DNA of 64,000 nucleotides, taken from the NCBI GenBank assembly GCA_951406725.2, contig OX597826.1:65844001-65908000 (forward strand), read 5' to 3'. The notes beneath the pieces were generated by a model. It saw nothing but the letters and a program-made list of their open reading frames with translations. It ran no database searches and was not told where the DNA came from. The DNA comes from Octopus vulgaris. Taxonomy: Eukaryota. The translations under genes were made by a program, and so were the position numbers. This document shows positions 42,240 through 57,303 of the stretch, piece by piece (position 1 is the first letter of the stretch; every line of letters starts with the position of its first letter).

Positions 42240-42595
42240 ACAGTGACTATGTGGTAAGAAGTTTGCATCCCAGTCACATGGTTCCAAGTTCAGTCCCACT
42301 GCCTGGCACCTTGGGCAAGTGTCTTCTACTATAGTCTCGGGCCGACCAAAGCCTTCTAAGTGAATTTGGTAGATGGAAACTAAAAGAAACCCGTCGTATA
42401 TGTGTGTGTGTGTGTATATATGTGTTTGTTCCCCCAATGTTGGTGTGTTTACGTCCCTGTAACTTAGCGGTTTGGCGAAAGAGACGGATAGAATAAGTAC
42501 TAAGCTTACAAGAGTAAGTCTTTGGGATCGATTTGCTCGACTAAAGGCAGTACTCCAGCATGGCCGCAGTCAAATGACTGAAACAAATAAAAGAT
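42240..42595 (+). mobile_element. SINE family B
   Basis: Match to family B. Confidence 0.85.
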
Positions 42596-42645
42596 TATAT
42601 ATGCACACACACACGCATGCATGCATACATACATACATACATACA

Positions 42646-42679
<34 letters not shown>

Positions 42680-43787
42680 CATACATACATACATACATAC
42701 ATACATACATACATACATACATACATACATACATACATACATACATACATACATACATACATACATACATACATACATACATACACACAGCATTTAATGT
42801 ATTCAGTATAATAGTAGGAGCTACTAAAGCTTCTTGTACTGGAGATGTTTTACATAACATGCCTTGTGTCTCAGAACAATCTTACGTATATATTGATATC
42901 CATTATTGACAAATTATTTCGAAGTGCCATACAATTAACACAACAGTTTTATCATTTTATTCCAAATCCCATTTATTATAACCTGTTGTTAAACATAAAC
43001 GTAGTCATCCAAACATCTGTCTTAGAACAGTAACGACCAGGTAAAATTTGATGCTCTTATGTCGCTGGTGGTTTTTACTTTTTCCCAATCACAGGAAGCT
43101 CTTGTTTCTCTCCTTTCACATCAACACAGCGCATAATTGACATTCGCTCATCTGAACACTTCAGTCCTTTGGCATTTTTATATTAAATGTAATAAATGCT
43201 CCGACGTCGCGCGGTAATAACGTGTTTCGTCCGCTTCGTAAATATTCTCAGGAGAATTATTATGCAATAATTTTTGCTATCATTTTGTCTTAATCCACCG
43301 TTCAGCTGCTAATAAAAAAATAATAATCACTTTTTTCCTCGCCAGGAATGCGTATATAGCATTCTATCTTCTTTTTCCACTTGTTAAACCATCCGTCCGT
43401 TAGTGTAATGCTTTCCTTACTCATTTCTTTACCAAACAATTCTGTCTTTTGACGTTATCAGCGGTCCATTACTTGAAGCATTCTTCATGAACTTTTCCAG
43501 TCTGAATTTTCATTTGACTTAATTTGACTATTTTTACCAGATCGTATTACGATTTATGTTCTCGTAAGTGCTGGTTTTCCAATCTCAGATCTCGATATTT
43601 TAAAGCATTTTACATCATAGTGACTGTCAACTTTTTAACTGAACTGAAACTATGCTCACACAATCTGGGCAACTTCTCAGATCTCTCCGATATTTTTAGC
43701 TTTTCCTGTAACAAATGCTAAATCATTGCGTTTCTCAGTTAATTCTACCGTTAAGATGAAACGTGTTTTAAAATTATAATTTCCTTT

Positions 43788-44240
43788 GGAGCGGCGAGCT
43801 GGCAGAATCGTTAACACGCCAGGCGAAATTCTTAGATGTATTTCGTCCGTCTTTATGCTCTGAGTTCAAATTCCACCAAGGCCGACTCTGCCTTTTATCC
43901 TTTCGTGGTCAATAAAATAAGTACCAGTTGAACACTGAGTTCGATCTAATCGACTTACACTCTCTTCCAAATTGCTGGCCTTATGCCAAAATTTGAAACT
44001 AATATAATTGCCTTAAACTTTTTATTCAATAGAAAACATAATCCTTTCTACTATAGGTACAAGGCCGAAAATTTGGGTGAGTGGGATAGTCGATTACATG
44101 TATCCCAGTGCGTAACTGGTACTCATTTAATCGACCCTGAAAGGGTGAAAGGCAAAGTAGACCTCAGCTAAATTTGAACTCAGAACCGACGAAATACCGC
44201 TAAGCATTTCCCCCGGCATGCTAACGAGTCTGCCAGCTCG
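43788..44240. mobile_element. Two SINE family A copies, tail-to-tail (+ ~43788-44000, - ~44040-44240)
   Basis: Head at 43788 on + and head at 44240 on -. Confidence 0.8.
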
Positions 44241-44867
44241 GAAACGTCATGTAAATAAATTTGAAAACTACAATTTCGTTGCTTGGCCTCTCTCACAGAT
44301 TTCACGGGAGATACTTCAAGCATGACTGATGTTTCCTCTTCGCTCTCACTCCCTGCCATAAAGACAACTGAGGAAGTAGAGGACTATGATATCATAAAAT
44401 ATAAACAATTAATGAATAAGGCTTACTTGAAAATTTTGACAACATTATCCGCAACATTGATTCAACCAAAATAACTAGCTTAACACGACAATACTGCCAG
44501 CCTACACCACTGACGCCTCTTCAGTCACTCATAGCAACAACCTGCTTTTTCTCCATTTCCATAGCTAGAGCACTTCTTGCTTCCGTCTGTATATTGATTA
44601 TACCCAATATATTATTAATCGCAGTAGGTGCGTAGCGGTTTACTTGAAACCGGAATTTTTATTCTAATAGGCGAATAATTTAAATTCCTTTCTAGTGAGG
44701 TGCTTGTTTCAGACACATAAATTTTCGTAATACTAGCTAATTGATAATATAATCGATGATTATAATAAGCGGCTTTCATTCACTGTTTATATTAAACTCA
44801 ATGTACTGAATGACCTTATTCCGCTCACCACAACACTTACAATTTAGTACATCTACACTCAAACACA

Positions 44868-44930
<63 letters not shown>

Positions 44931-44997
44931 AGAACCGAAACATGTAAAATTAAAATTTATCTAATATATTTTCAAACTTCATTTTTTACAAATACAC

Positions 44998-45042
<45 letters not shown>

Positions 45043-45059
45043 TACATATAACAATTTAC

Positions 45060-45130
<71 letters not shown>

Positions 45131-45443
45131 CTTTTAAAGGACACAAAAATGTAAGCCTAAAGACTCAACCAATGTTTATCCTTTTTCTTTTCCTTTTTCC
45201 TTTTTTTCTCCCGTCAATATTCCTCTGATAAACTCCAAATCATTCTGGCGATGTTTGTTACATGGAACAAGATAAACGCAAATTTACCTCAAAAATAACA
45301 AACTGAAACAGCTGTAAATGTTATTTTAACTATAATTAAACTATGACCATTTAATACCAATGATATATATATATAACTGCAGTATTCAACCAGAAGTGAT
45401 ATCTAGTATGGATTTATCGTGCTTAAAAAACACACACACACAC

Positions 45444-45494
<51 letters not shown>

Positions 45495-47531
45495 TACATG
45501 GGGTGGGGAGAGAGAGATAGACTGACATGTGTGTATATATATGTATGGACTGTATATATCAATTTAGTCAGTAGAGTTAGAGTTTGGAATAACCGTCTGA
45601 GGGATAAAAGTACCCATTATACAACTGGTAACCCTGGACATATATATGCAAGCATTCTTTCGCAATGTACTTGCTTATATGTTTGGGCTTTTTATATATA
45701 ATGTCCTAAGCGTTTTTAGGCCCCTTACAACATATACCACTTTTCCATACTTTTATTTATTTTATCTATTTGTTTATATCAGCTTGTATAACAGTCTTAA
45801 TAGCTTGCCCTTTGTTCTTAAATTTAACTGACCAATTATATTGGTCAATCCCATTACGGGCTATAGGCGGTTAGTCTTTACCATATATGAGTAAGCAAAT
45901 AAATGAAATTAATTGTTGGGCACTTTATTATGATAAAAGCTATTAATTAGTACTGTAAACATAATTATTAAAAACTATTATGATTACTTCAAAACTTTAT
46001 GGTACTTTCACTCCCTCTTTAACTAAACCTATCGGCGTATCCCGTGATTGTAATTTTATTTATTTTTACTTTTTTTATTATTTATCCACCCTATTACTCC
46101 CATAGAAAAAATTAACCCACCAATTACTATTTTAAGTTTAGTCATTTACTCAGCATCCCAAGTGACACATAAGCAAAATGGTATGATTTAAACATACTCG
46201 GCCTTTCTTTTTCCTCTCTAGGCTCTTCTTTTCTTTTACGTATGTATTTTTCTTCACTCTGATGAAGCTCCATGTTCCAGATCGGTTTTTATTACCAAAT
46301 ATGATGAATATTATTTCTTAGCATATCAGTGGCAATACTTTATAACATTGGAAGTAGAAACATCTGTTAGATGGGATGCAGTCTATTTGTATTGAATTAA
46401 AAAATGACAATTGATGTAAGTCAATTGTTGTTGATCAATATTTCTCCATTTTCTGTTTAATTTATATATTAATATATATGTAATATATACATACATAAAT
46501 ATCAATATGCATATATATAAACACATACACACATATATAATAGATATATGCATGCACTGGGACACACCCACGCACACACACATACACACACACACACACA
46601 TACACACACACATACAGACATACACACGTAGAATACGTTTAAAAAGTGTGCGCTCAAGAAGAGCTGCGTTTTGGTTTTATCTTTCTCATTAAAGCTTTTG
46701 TTTTGTTTTGTTTTTGCCTTAAAATTTCGTACGTGGTCCTTATAGACTATTATCCCTTTTGGCAGAGCAACATTCCTAAATTTATCACCACTGTTTCTAG
46801 ATCTTTATTTATATTACCATCGTTTGGCAGAAGTGAGATTGTATTCATTTATTTATTTAAACGAGAACAATACAGAGTAAAATACAACGCCACAAACAGA
46901 TCCCCAGACCTATTAAAATACAAAAACCACACATAAAATGTTATATGAAAATATTGCCTTGAAACTATAGGATATATGAATATATAATAGAAAACCTCGT
47001 AAAACAACATAAGACGCATTACATCAAGCCTTATATTAACTTATATAAACTTACTACAAAAGCTTTAAAAAGCTTGCTTGTGAACAACAAACCACAAGCG
47101 TTTAAACGACAATAAATCTGATGCAGACGACTAATCACACTAATAATAATTGTTCATTATCAACATGTTTGCCATTGGTAGTATGTATATTTTGTTTGTG
47201 ATTAGTGAAGCTTTTATTTCAGTGTTGTCATATGCTACAAGTATTGCTTCCATTATTAACCGTTAATTTCTGAGTAAAATTCAATAGCTTAGAAATATAC
47301 TGTCTTTCAATGTTTACTTGTCTAATTTTGTTTTGTATTGTCGAGATAGGAGCGCTGCAATGTATCTGGCCATTATATGTACGACCAGTAAAACAGCTGG
47401 TGTAATGCAGTTTATAACTTTCAGATTTATGACCGAATATATAAACTACATCGGTCATTAACAGCATGTTTCCCACATTATATCTTGTATACTTTTGGCT
47501 TGTATGAAACAGTTTATATGTGTATTATACA

Positions 47532-47590
<59 letters not shown>

Positions 47591-47683
47591 GAGTAAACAT
47601 AAATGTGAAACAAGTGGAAAAGAGTACTCAAATACAGTGGTAGAGTATATATTTTACCGAAAATTCTTCTGCTGCTTAAATAA

Positions 47684-47722
<39 letters not shown>

Positions 47723-48094
47723 ATATCTGCAAGTATATATTTTTTGTATGTGATATTCAATATCTAGAAAAGTGCTTTTTGCTTGCTCCCTCGCCTTTCG
47801 TGAACTCTTGAAGTTAGTCCTTTGTGTAGCTATTCGAGTCGGTTTGACTCCTATTTCTAACAATGCCGGTACATTTGGTACCCCTTGTTTATTCATTTGC
47901 CTTTAGGTTTTAATTGATAACGGGCCACTTGTATTATATCTTTAATATACTATTTTATATCACCGTGACCGATCTGGCTATCAGATGTTGCTACATATCG
48001 CTGGTCACAATATGCTTCGCATTGTTTTAGCCTTCAAATGACGCCACCCCGCTGGCTAAGCGAGCGGGCCACAATTTTATATATATATATATAT

Positions 48095-48386
48095 TCTTTT
48101 TATTTGTTTCAATCATTTAACTGCGGTCATGCTGGAACACCGCCTTTAGTCGAACAAATCGGTCCCAGGACTTATTCTCTTTGTAAGCCTAGTACTTCTT
48201 CTATCGGTCTATCTTGCCGAACCGCTAAGTTACGGGGACGTAAACACACCAACATCAGTTGTCAAGCGATGGGGGGACGAACAGACACACAAACATACAC
48301 ACACTCACATATATATATATATGTGGGACTGAACCCGGAACCATGTAGTTGGTAAGCAAGCTACTTATCACACAGCTCCTACGGCG

Positions 48387-48390
<4 letters not shown>
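48095..48390 (-). mobile_element. SINE family B, internally deleted
   Basis: Reverse-complement match of tail and head. Confidence 0.8.
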
Positions 48391-48427
<37 letters not shown>

Positions 48428-49632
48428 ATACATTCGTATGAATGTATATATGGCATACATATATACATATATATGTATGTAAGCATGTATGTATGTATGT
48501 ATGTATGTATGTATGTATGTATGTATGTATGTATGTATGTATGTATGTATGTATGTATAACCATTGTTGCAAAACTCCATTATCGCCGGAGACAGACGGA
48601 CACCAAAAATGGCTACGATATCAAATATAATCTTAACGCGAACCAAAGTTTTAAACTTTAAGTTCTCAACCATTTCTTGCCTATGGGCCCGTTTGATTCC
48701 TGTTTTACTTGGATGAACCCTTATAGCCATTCGTTTATATAGATATAAAAAAAAAGAATCTTACTGCATTCTTATAATCAAATGTTATTAAGAATTGTAT
48801 TAAAAAATTCAAATATTTTGTGAATTGTTGATGCATAAGCAATTTATTGCTCATAAATGTCAACAACAAAATCTTATATGGACCCCTAATGATTATATGA
48901 ACCCTGGTTTGGAACTGCTGGTGTACATGAAGGTGGGCGCTCACGTAGAAGTACATCCTTTGGATTTAGAAAGGTTTTATACAAAAATTGGCGGGAATCT
49001 CTAATTTGACTTTCCTAATTTAATTTATTTATCTGAAGTATACAAAGCACACACCCACAAACATACACATTCACATACGTACACAAACACACATACATAG
49101 GCATATATGTGTACACAAACACACACACATACGCACACACACATACATACATACATACATACATACATACATACATACATACATACATACATACATACAT
49201 ACATACACAAACACTCACAAATAGGTATCTATGCGTCCACAAACATACAAACATACTCAAGCACACACAAATAATAAGCACGTGTGCGCGTGCGCGCGCG
49301 TGTGTGTGTGTGTGTGTGTGTATGTGTTTATGTGTGTGTGTGTGTGTGTGTGTGTGAATGTGAGCATGACATACTTGGTTATCAACATGATTCCAAGCAG
49401 GATATAGTTACGAACATGAATGCATACACACACACACGTACGCACACACACACACATATACATATATATATACATGTACACACATACATGCACATGCATG
49501 CATAACAAATAATGAATCACGATAACTGTATGAGTGTGTATATGTATGTACATATATATATTTGTGTATATATATATACACACATATACATACATACACA
49601 TATATTGGTATGTAAGTAAATAAATGTGTGTG

Positions 49633-49681
<49 letters not shown>

Positions 49682-49720
49682 CGTGGGTGCATGTGGGTGT
49701 ATATATATACACATGCATAC

Positions 49721-49847
<127 letters not shown>

Positions 49848-50039
49848 TATATATGTGCTAACTGAGTATCAGTTACTAAAGTGAAAGTGGTATAGAAAGT
49901 TCAGGCTGTTCGCTACACGATGGTGTGGCTGATAATGAGTTATTTGTTCTTATTTACTATCGTCATCATGTGCTAATTATGGACACTTACCGATAAAAAT
50001 ATTAGTCATTTTTGTTAATTTTTTTCTCAGTAAATTACC

Positions 50040-50260
50040 TCGATGGGTCCTGCCTTATTCTAAAAGATAGCAAAGGATCCAAAACTCTATTGCATTCAAA
50101 GAGTACCAGGAAAAATTCCTCCAAGAATTACCAAACAAACTAGTGATACCTGGGTATCTCTTGACAAACAACTTATATGGATGGACATTAATGCCCTATA
50201 AAAAGACTTAAACTATTACATGCCAATAAGTTCGATATGGGTGGGTCAATAACAGCCATA
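50040..50260 (+). mobile_element. CR1-clade LINE 3' remnant
   Basis: GPALF...FKEYQEKFLQELPNKLVIPGY resembles CR1-like C-termini. Confidence 0.4.
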
Positions 50261-50729
50261 ACCTAAGGAAATGATTATTTTCAAATATCTATATATTGGT
50301 TTCAAATTTTGGCACAAGGCCGACAATTTTACGGGTAGGGAGGGCTACGTCAATTAAATCCGCAGTAAGATTTGATCTCGGAATGTACAGAGCCGGAACA
50401 TGTAGTGCAATGAGTTTAATCCGATGTTGTAACGATTCTGCCAGCTTGCCCATGTTTGGACAGATTTCAGTTTTACTACTCCGTTGTACACACTACTACC
50501 GGAATCTATGGCCTCGTAGAAAGAGCAGCTAAGTCTCCCTCAAATTTCCTTATGCTTTACTGTATAAACAACGCATTGGATTATGCCATTGCAAATACTC
50601 TGTTAGAAAATAATTGTTTGATAATCAGGGTTGGGGCGGTTTTGATCGTAGGCCAAGCGATCCACTGAGCTGATCTGGGACTTTCAAAATGAAAATAGTA
50701 TGACATGCTCAGGTTGGTATATATATATA

Positions 50730-50791
<62 letters not shown>

Positions 50792-50842
50792 TGTGTGTGT
50801 GCGTGTGTGTGTGTGTGTATAAACATATATATAAATATATAA

Positions 50843-51745
50843 AATGGCTGAAGTTGCGTTTGACCTTCTGGTCGATAACTCGATAACTGATGAAAAATTG
50901 GTGACCTTCTCTGTTTTCTGTTCGCCTGTGTATTTAGTATATGTTCATTTATTTACTACACGATTTTTAAAACATTATATATATATATATATATATATAG
51001 GTGTGTCATATTTTCCGTTTGTTGTCTTTTTATTTAATTTTGAAAACAGTATTTATGTAACGCACCCACTCACTGATTTTTTACCCATTTGTAGAAATAT
51101 TCTTGAAATATTTTTTGTGCCACTCTATCTCTTTCCTTTATTTTGCTTCTCTTAATTTCCTTTCTCTCTCTCTCTTTCTCTCTCTCTCTTTCTCTGTTAC
51201 GCCCCCACTATCACGTGACCCGTAACGACCTAAGGCGTTGTCATTCTTTTTCGAGTTGCCATCGACCGCCCTGGACACAATTTTCTAAGCTCCTCGCTCT
51301 ATCCTACCGTGTCTATGCTTCTTAAGAACAGTTTTAATTTCATCTTCACGTTACCCACCTTTGTTTCGTCTTGCAGCCACAAGGCTTTTCGTTGTATATG
51401 TATTATTATCATTATTAATTGTTGTCTTCGCGTGGCCCTAAGCCTTTATTCTGTTTATTGTTTTGTCCCACGTCCGTCTCATTTTGTTATGTTTTGGTCC
51501 CATTCCAGGCAAGTTTCTTGTCGGTCTCTCCAGAGCGGAAGCAATATTATCGACAATGGCTAAAATTGCGTTTGACCCTTTGGCCGATAACTGATGAAGA
51601 ATCGATGACCTTCTGTGTTTTCTGTTCGCCTGTGTATTTAGTACATGTTCGTTTGTTTATTTACTATACGTTTTTTTAATCATATATATAGGTATGTCAT
51701 ATTTTCCGTTTCTTGTCTTTTTATTTAACCCTGAAAAAATATTTA
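50843..51745 (+). mobile_element. Element bounded by ~200-bp direct repeats (Penelope pLTR-like), set in microsatellites
   Basis: 50843-~51056 matches 51555-~51745. Both copies contain GATAACTGATGAA. Confidence 0.65.
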
Positions 51746-51914
51746 TATATATATATTTATATATATTTGTGTGTGTGCGTGTGTGTGTCTGTGTTTGTCC
51801 GCCGCCACCGCTTAACAACCGATGTTGGTATGTTTATCGTCCCCGTAATATAGCGGTTCGGCAAAACGTGAAAAAGAGATCGCTAGAATAAGCACCAAGC
51901 TTAATATACGCGTG

Positions 51915-51990
<76 letters not shown>

Positions 51991-53192
51991 TGTGTGTGTG
52001 TGCGTGTGTGTACGTACAAAGTAATTATTTATCCAAGGGTTTCCCTTTTCCTTTTGATCAGGGGTTTTGGAAGAAGCAACCCTCCGAATCATAGGTCCAT
52101 GCCGGCAAGCCAGCCAGGACCTCCACTCCTCACGTGCCTGCATCCAATCATTTTGTGTATGTTTTAAGACAGCAAACTGGCTCAATCGTTAGTCGGTTAG
52201 GTAGCTTGCTGCGCTGTATTTGTTCACGCCCTCTGGGCCCCGAATGGAAATCCTGCCGAGGTTAACCTATCATCGGATTTGATAAATGTAGTACCAGTCT
52301 TGTTCAGCAATCTATTCTTCTCTCTCTCTCCCTCAGCCTTCTTTTGTGTCTGCCTCTCTCTTTTTGAAATAGATCAGCTGTGGCCCGATCTAGATTGGGG
52401 TTGAGTTTCACCAAGTCTAAAAATTCCCAAATCCTGCTGTACCTCACAATGAAATTCTAATATTCGGGTCAGAAGTTGAGGCCATACGGGTATGACCATT
52501 AATGTATTGTATAGTCGGTCCTTAACTAGAGACGGAATTGCGGTATATCTGGAGCAACGATTTTCTGGATCGAACCGAGTTGTTCAATCTGTTACCTTCT
52601 TACACACCATATAATCGCTCAGTTAGAGCAGAAATGAGGCTTCACACCACCACCACCAACACCGCTGCCACCACCACCACCAACAACAACAACAACATTG
52701 TCACCACTAATGTCAACAATAGCAACAGCTATAGGACACCAATAACAAGGAACATTCTATTAGCTCACATGACAAACAACTAGGAAGTTTTATATAGAAG
52801 TAACTACGTATATGATCCATTAATTTCATAGCGTCGAATTTAATGGTTTCAAATAATATAATGTCAGTGAACAGTTCATTATTTTTCTGTCAGGGGAATA
52901 TGACTTAAACACATGGTCCATTACACAGAAAATTTTATTATAAACGAAATCTCAGTCACGCACAACCCTCCCCCACTTCTATCGCTAAAGACGGCGTAAA
53001 TTTTATTCATTCTTAAAACTATTTAATACAAACCGTTGATTATGTAACGCACTGTTTCATTTTTCTTGTACTACTTATATTTGTTTCTTCTTTCTATTTT
53101 CTTCTTCCTTGTTCTTTTTTCCAATCTATTTCTTTCTTATTCTTTTCTTCTTCATTGTCCTCCTCCTCCTCCCCTTTTTGCTTGTCATTCAA

Positions 53193-53234
<42 letters not shown>

Positions 53235-53270
53235 CCACCATCACCACTACCACTATCATCATCATCATCA

Positions 53271-53301
<31 letters not shown>

Positions 53302-54304
53302 CTTCTTCTTCTTCTTCTTCTTCTTCTTTTTCTTCTTCTTCTTCTTCTTCTTCTTCTTCTTTACTTTCTGTTGAGAACTTCCCAAATAATGCTTGCTGTA
53401 CTTAGCAGACATGTTTCCTACACTGCATCAACTCTCAGGCCAAGGTCAACTTTTTCAAGCTTTGTTTTTAGATGTTTTTGTGACTGTTCGCAAGGTTCCA
53501 ACACCAATCAGTAATACCACATTTCCTATAAGGCGGCGAATGGGCAGAATTATAAGCATGTTGAGCAAAATGCTTGGCGACATTTCGTTCTTCTTTACGT
53601 TTTGAATCCAAATTCCCTCGAGGTTGACTGGGGTCGATGTAATCGACTTACACTCTCCCCCGAAATTGCTGGCATTGTGCCAAAATTTGAAGCCAATATC
53701 AAACCTTGTTAATTTCTTTATTCTAGCAATTGAGGATTTCATACTTCAAGTCGGTATAACGCTCTATGACTTCTTTTCCCTTTCTTTGCACTCTGCTGCC
53801 AAATCTACACAGCGTATCGTTTACGATACATACTTTCTACATGTCGACAACAACAATATTTAGTCACTTGTGTCCTATTCTTCTTTCTGTTTGAACAGTT
53901 GTGTCCTATTCTTTCGGTTTGAAAATCATGTAGCAATCTCACGTTATTATTTTCGAGAGCTTGCATTTCTATTCCCACAAAAGTGTAACAGCATGTTTTC
54001 TCAGTACGTAAAATCAAATTTCTTGCAAAAATTCCCCATGTTCTTTCAGAATTTTTATGCATATACGTTTTGGATTTATTGCTAGCTAACTGTATAGTAA
54101 ACAAAACTACTTAGAAATGTGTCTATAAGTATAAGCAAAAAAATATTTGTTTTTATAAGCATTAAAATGTGTACTATAAATTACAATTAAGATGAAAATT
54201 TATCTTCAAACACAGAAACGCCCATAGCTGTTTGTTGATAAATTTTTCCGCTTTGTAAGGGCAATTTATCCAATATTTCTGCTGTTCTAAGGGCGCTTCT
54301 ACGT

Positions 54305-54640
54305 TTGAAAATAAATTAATCATCTTATTTACATTTAGAGATGATTTAAAGCTCTACAGCAAAAACGAGAACCAGCTGGATTCATGAGTACAAATCGCAA
54401 GAATATTTAGCTACGACGTTGGAATAACTTTTGGAATCGAAAAATGTACAATGAAAAAAATGAAACAGAGAAACCCTATAGAACATTTGGGAAAAGGCCT
54501 AGTTAATGATGAGAGTATAAAATTATTAAATGCAGAAGAAACATATATCTGGGACTACCAGACAGCGACGAAATCAAAAACATAGAAATGAAGGAAACCC
54601 ACAGAAAATAATATTTTCCCAGAACGAAGATATTAATGTC
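54305..54640 (+). mobile_element. R4/Dong-like reverse transcriptase remnant
   Basis: KINHLIY..DDLKLYSKNENQLDS, RIFSYDVGITFGIEKC, YLGL..EMKE, with frameshifts. Confidence 0.8.
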
Positions 54641-54969
54641 ATTCTTCACAAGAATGTATTATTAACAAAAAGTTTCATTGGTGTGTAGGACGCCGCCATC
54701 TTGTCAGGCATTCGGAGCAAGAGTGAAAGAACTTTGAAAGAAGTTCGAAAAGGCTTATAGGTATTTAGGCAAGCTCCAACTGGTCGCTTTGATAGTATTA
54801 CAACCACCTGATTGCACTGAACAATTGATTCCTAAGTATCAAGAAACCATTTTGAACTTCTTATAATGTCTCCACTCTCTTTCTGAACATCTAACGAGAT
54901 GGATGCGTCTTGCATGTCCATGAAACTTTATGTAATATCGAGCCAAATCAAACTGTTATTAACAACGAG

Positions 54970-55052
<83 letters not shown>

Positions 55053-55081
55053 TCTCTCTCTCTCACTATCACACACACACA

Positions 55082-55133
<52 letters not shown>

Positions 55134-55822
55134 GAAATGAATAAATAAATATATTCATATGTAAATGATGCATTTAAATGAAGATTGAGCAAAGAAGGCT
55201 TGTTTCATATAGAAAAATGACGATTTCATTTCGTTTCCCCATCTTGCCCTCTTTTTCTTTTCTTCTCACTCCTTCATCCTCTTCAACTCTTTTCTATCCT
55301 CAAGTCTCCTCTTCTACTCTCTTCTACCCTTTATGTTTTACTCTCCACCTCCTCTCTTCCTAAGATATGAATCTTGATCGTGCAGTTAAACGTAGTTGCC
55401 GTAATGGAAAAAAAGCTATAAATTTTATTGCAATAAGGGATTTCTATCCGAAAATGAATGAAGTTTCTTGTAACATGTCTCTAGAATCTTTACTTTGAAT
55501 CTCTATTCAATCAAAGTTGACGACATTTTTTCCATGTACATTGAATAATAAACACAACCGAAGTCTATTGGGAAGAGAGAAGAGACAAACAACGCTTAAG
55601 TCCGAGTAAGCCAGACATGTTGTGTGATGTGGCGACAAATAAGAAAAAATAACATTTCATTTTAATTTATGCACTGCAGAAAGAAATTAAAAAATGCTTA
55701 GATATATATGCTTAAATATATATGTCTGTGTGTGGCCAGTGGCCATACACACATACATACGCACACATGTATGCATTATGTATCTGTGTATGTACATATG
55801 TATGTCCATATCTATCTGTCTA

Positions 55823-55898
<76 letters not shown>

Positions 55899-56669
55899 TA
55901 CTCACACACACATATATGTATGGGTATGTGTTCTCAGGGTGGCTTTCACTGCGGCGACTGACCGTGACAGAAAAAGCTAACAAAATATTTTTATTCTCCC
56001 TAAATTGCGAATTCCTAACACGAAGAAAGGAAAGAATTCTCCTCTACCTCTCTTTCTCCCTCTCCCATACCCTCCCTCTCTCGTTTAATTGGAATCAGTT
56101 GTAGAAATGAGATAAACGGATAATGTATGAATGAAGAATTAACAAAATATATTCAGGTTTTGGCTGGAGAACAATTCCAGTTATTAAATAAAACTAATTA
56201 GTTTGGTGTACTAATGGAAAAGTAAGTAAATGTTCTCCATTATTAGCCTAGGTTGTTTTGGTGTAGATAGATGTTTGAGCCTCGTGAAGAGACGTGGCCT
56301 AGTCGAGTTCGATTCCCAGGCTGGGCGGCACGTTGTGCTCTTGAGCAAAAACGCTTCATTTCATGTTGTTCCAAATACCCCCACATTTCGATCAGGGGGT
56401 GGGCGACAATATTGGCCTGCTCGCCTAGCCAGAGGGGTGGTGTCATTCGAAAGGCTAAAACGATGCAAAGCGCACTGTGACCAGCGATGTGTAACAACTT
56501 CTGAGACTTCTGGTTAGTCACATGGTAACGTGATTTGAGCATCGGATATAAAGTGCATTGCAGTATCGGTTACGACACACTGCGCCCAGAGTTCAAATCC
56601 TAATGTAACTAACTTTAGCTTTCATCCTTTAGTATTTCATAAACAAAAATACCAAATATATATATATAC

Positions 56670-56865
56670 ATTCTTTTAATTGTTTCAATCATTTCAATGC
56701 GGCCGTGCTGGAGCGCCGCCTTAAAGGGTTTTTAATCGAGAAAATTGACCCCAGGATTTAGTCTTGGTAAGCCTGGTACTTATTCTATCGGTCTGTTTTG
56801 CCGAAATGTTAAGTTACAGGAACGTAAACACACCAACGTCGGATGTCAAACGATGGTTGGAAAAC

Positions 56866-56936
<71 letters not shown>

Positions 56937-57249
56937 TACACACATATACACGTACACACACAAACACATATATCTATAATATCAACAGCAATAATAATAA
57001 TAATAATAATAAGGATTATTACGAAGTTGCATAACATTACCTTTAATTCTTTATATATATATATATATATACACACACACAAACACACACTTTTACATAG
57101 ACCTACACATTTCAACTGCACCGATTAGTAACCGTTGCAATTGCAGCCCTCCTATAATATACAAAGAGCTTCTTTCACTTTCCATCTACCAAATCCACTC
57201 TCAGTAAAAGACACTTGCCCACATGTATATACATATTGTAAAAGACACA

Positions 57250-57303
<54 letters not shown>

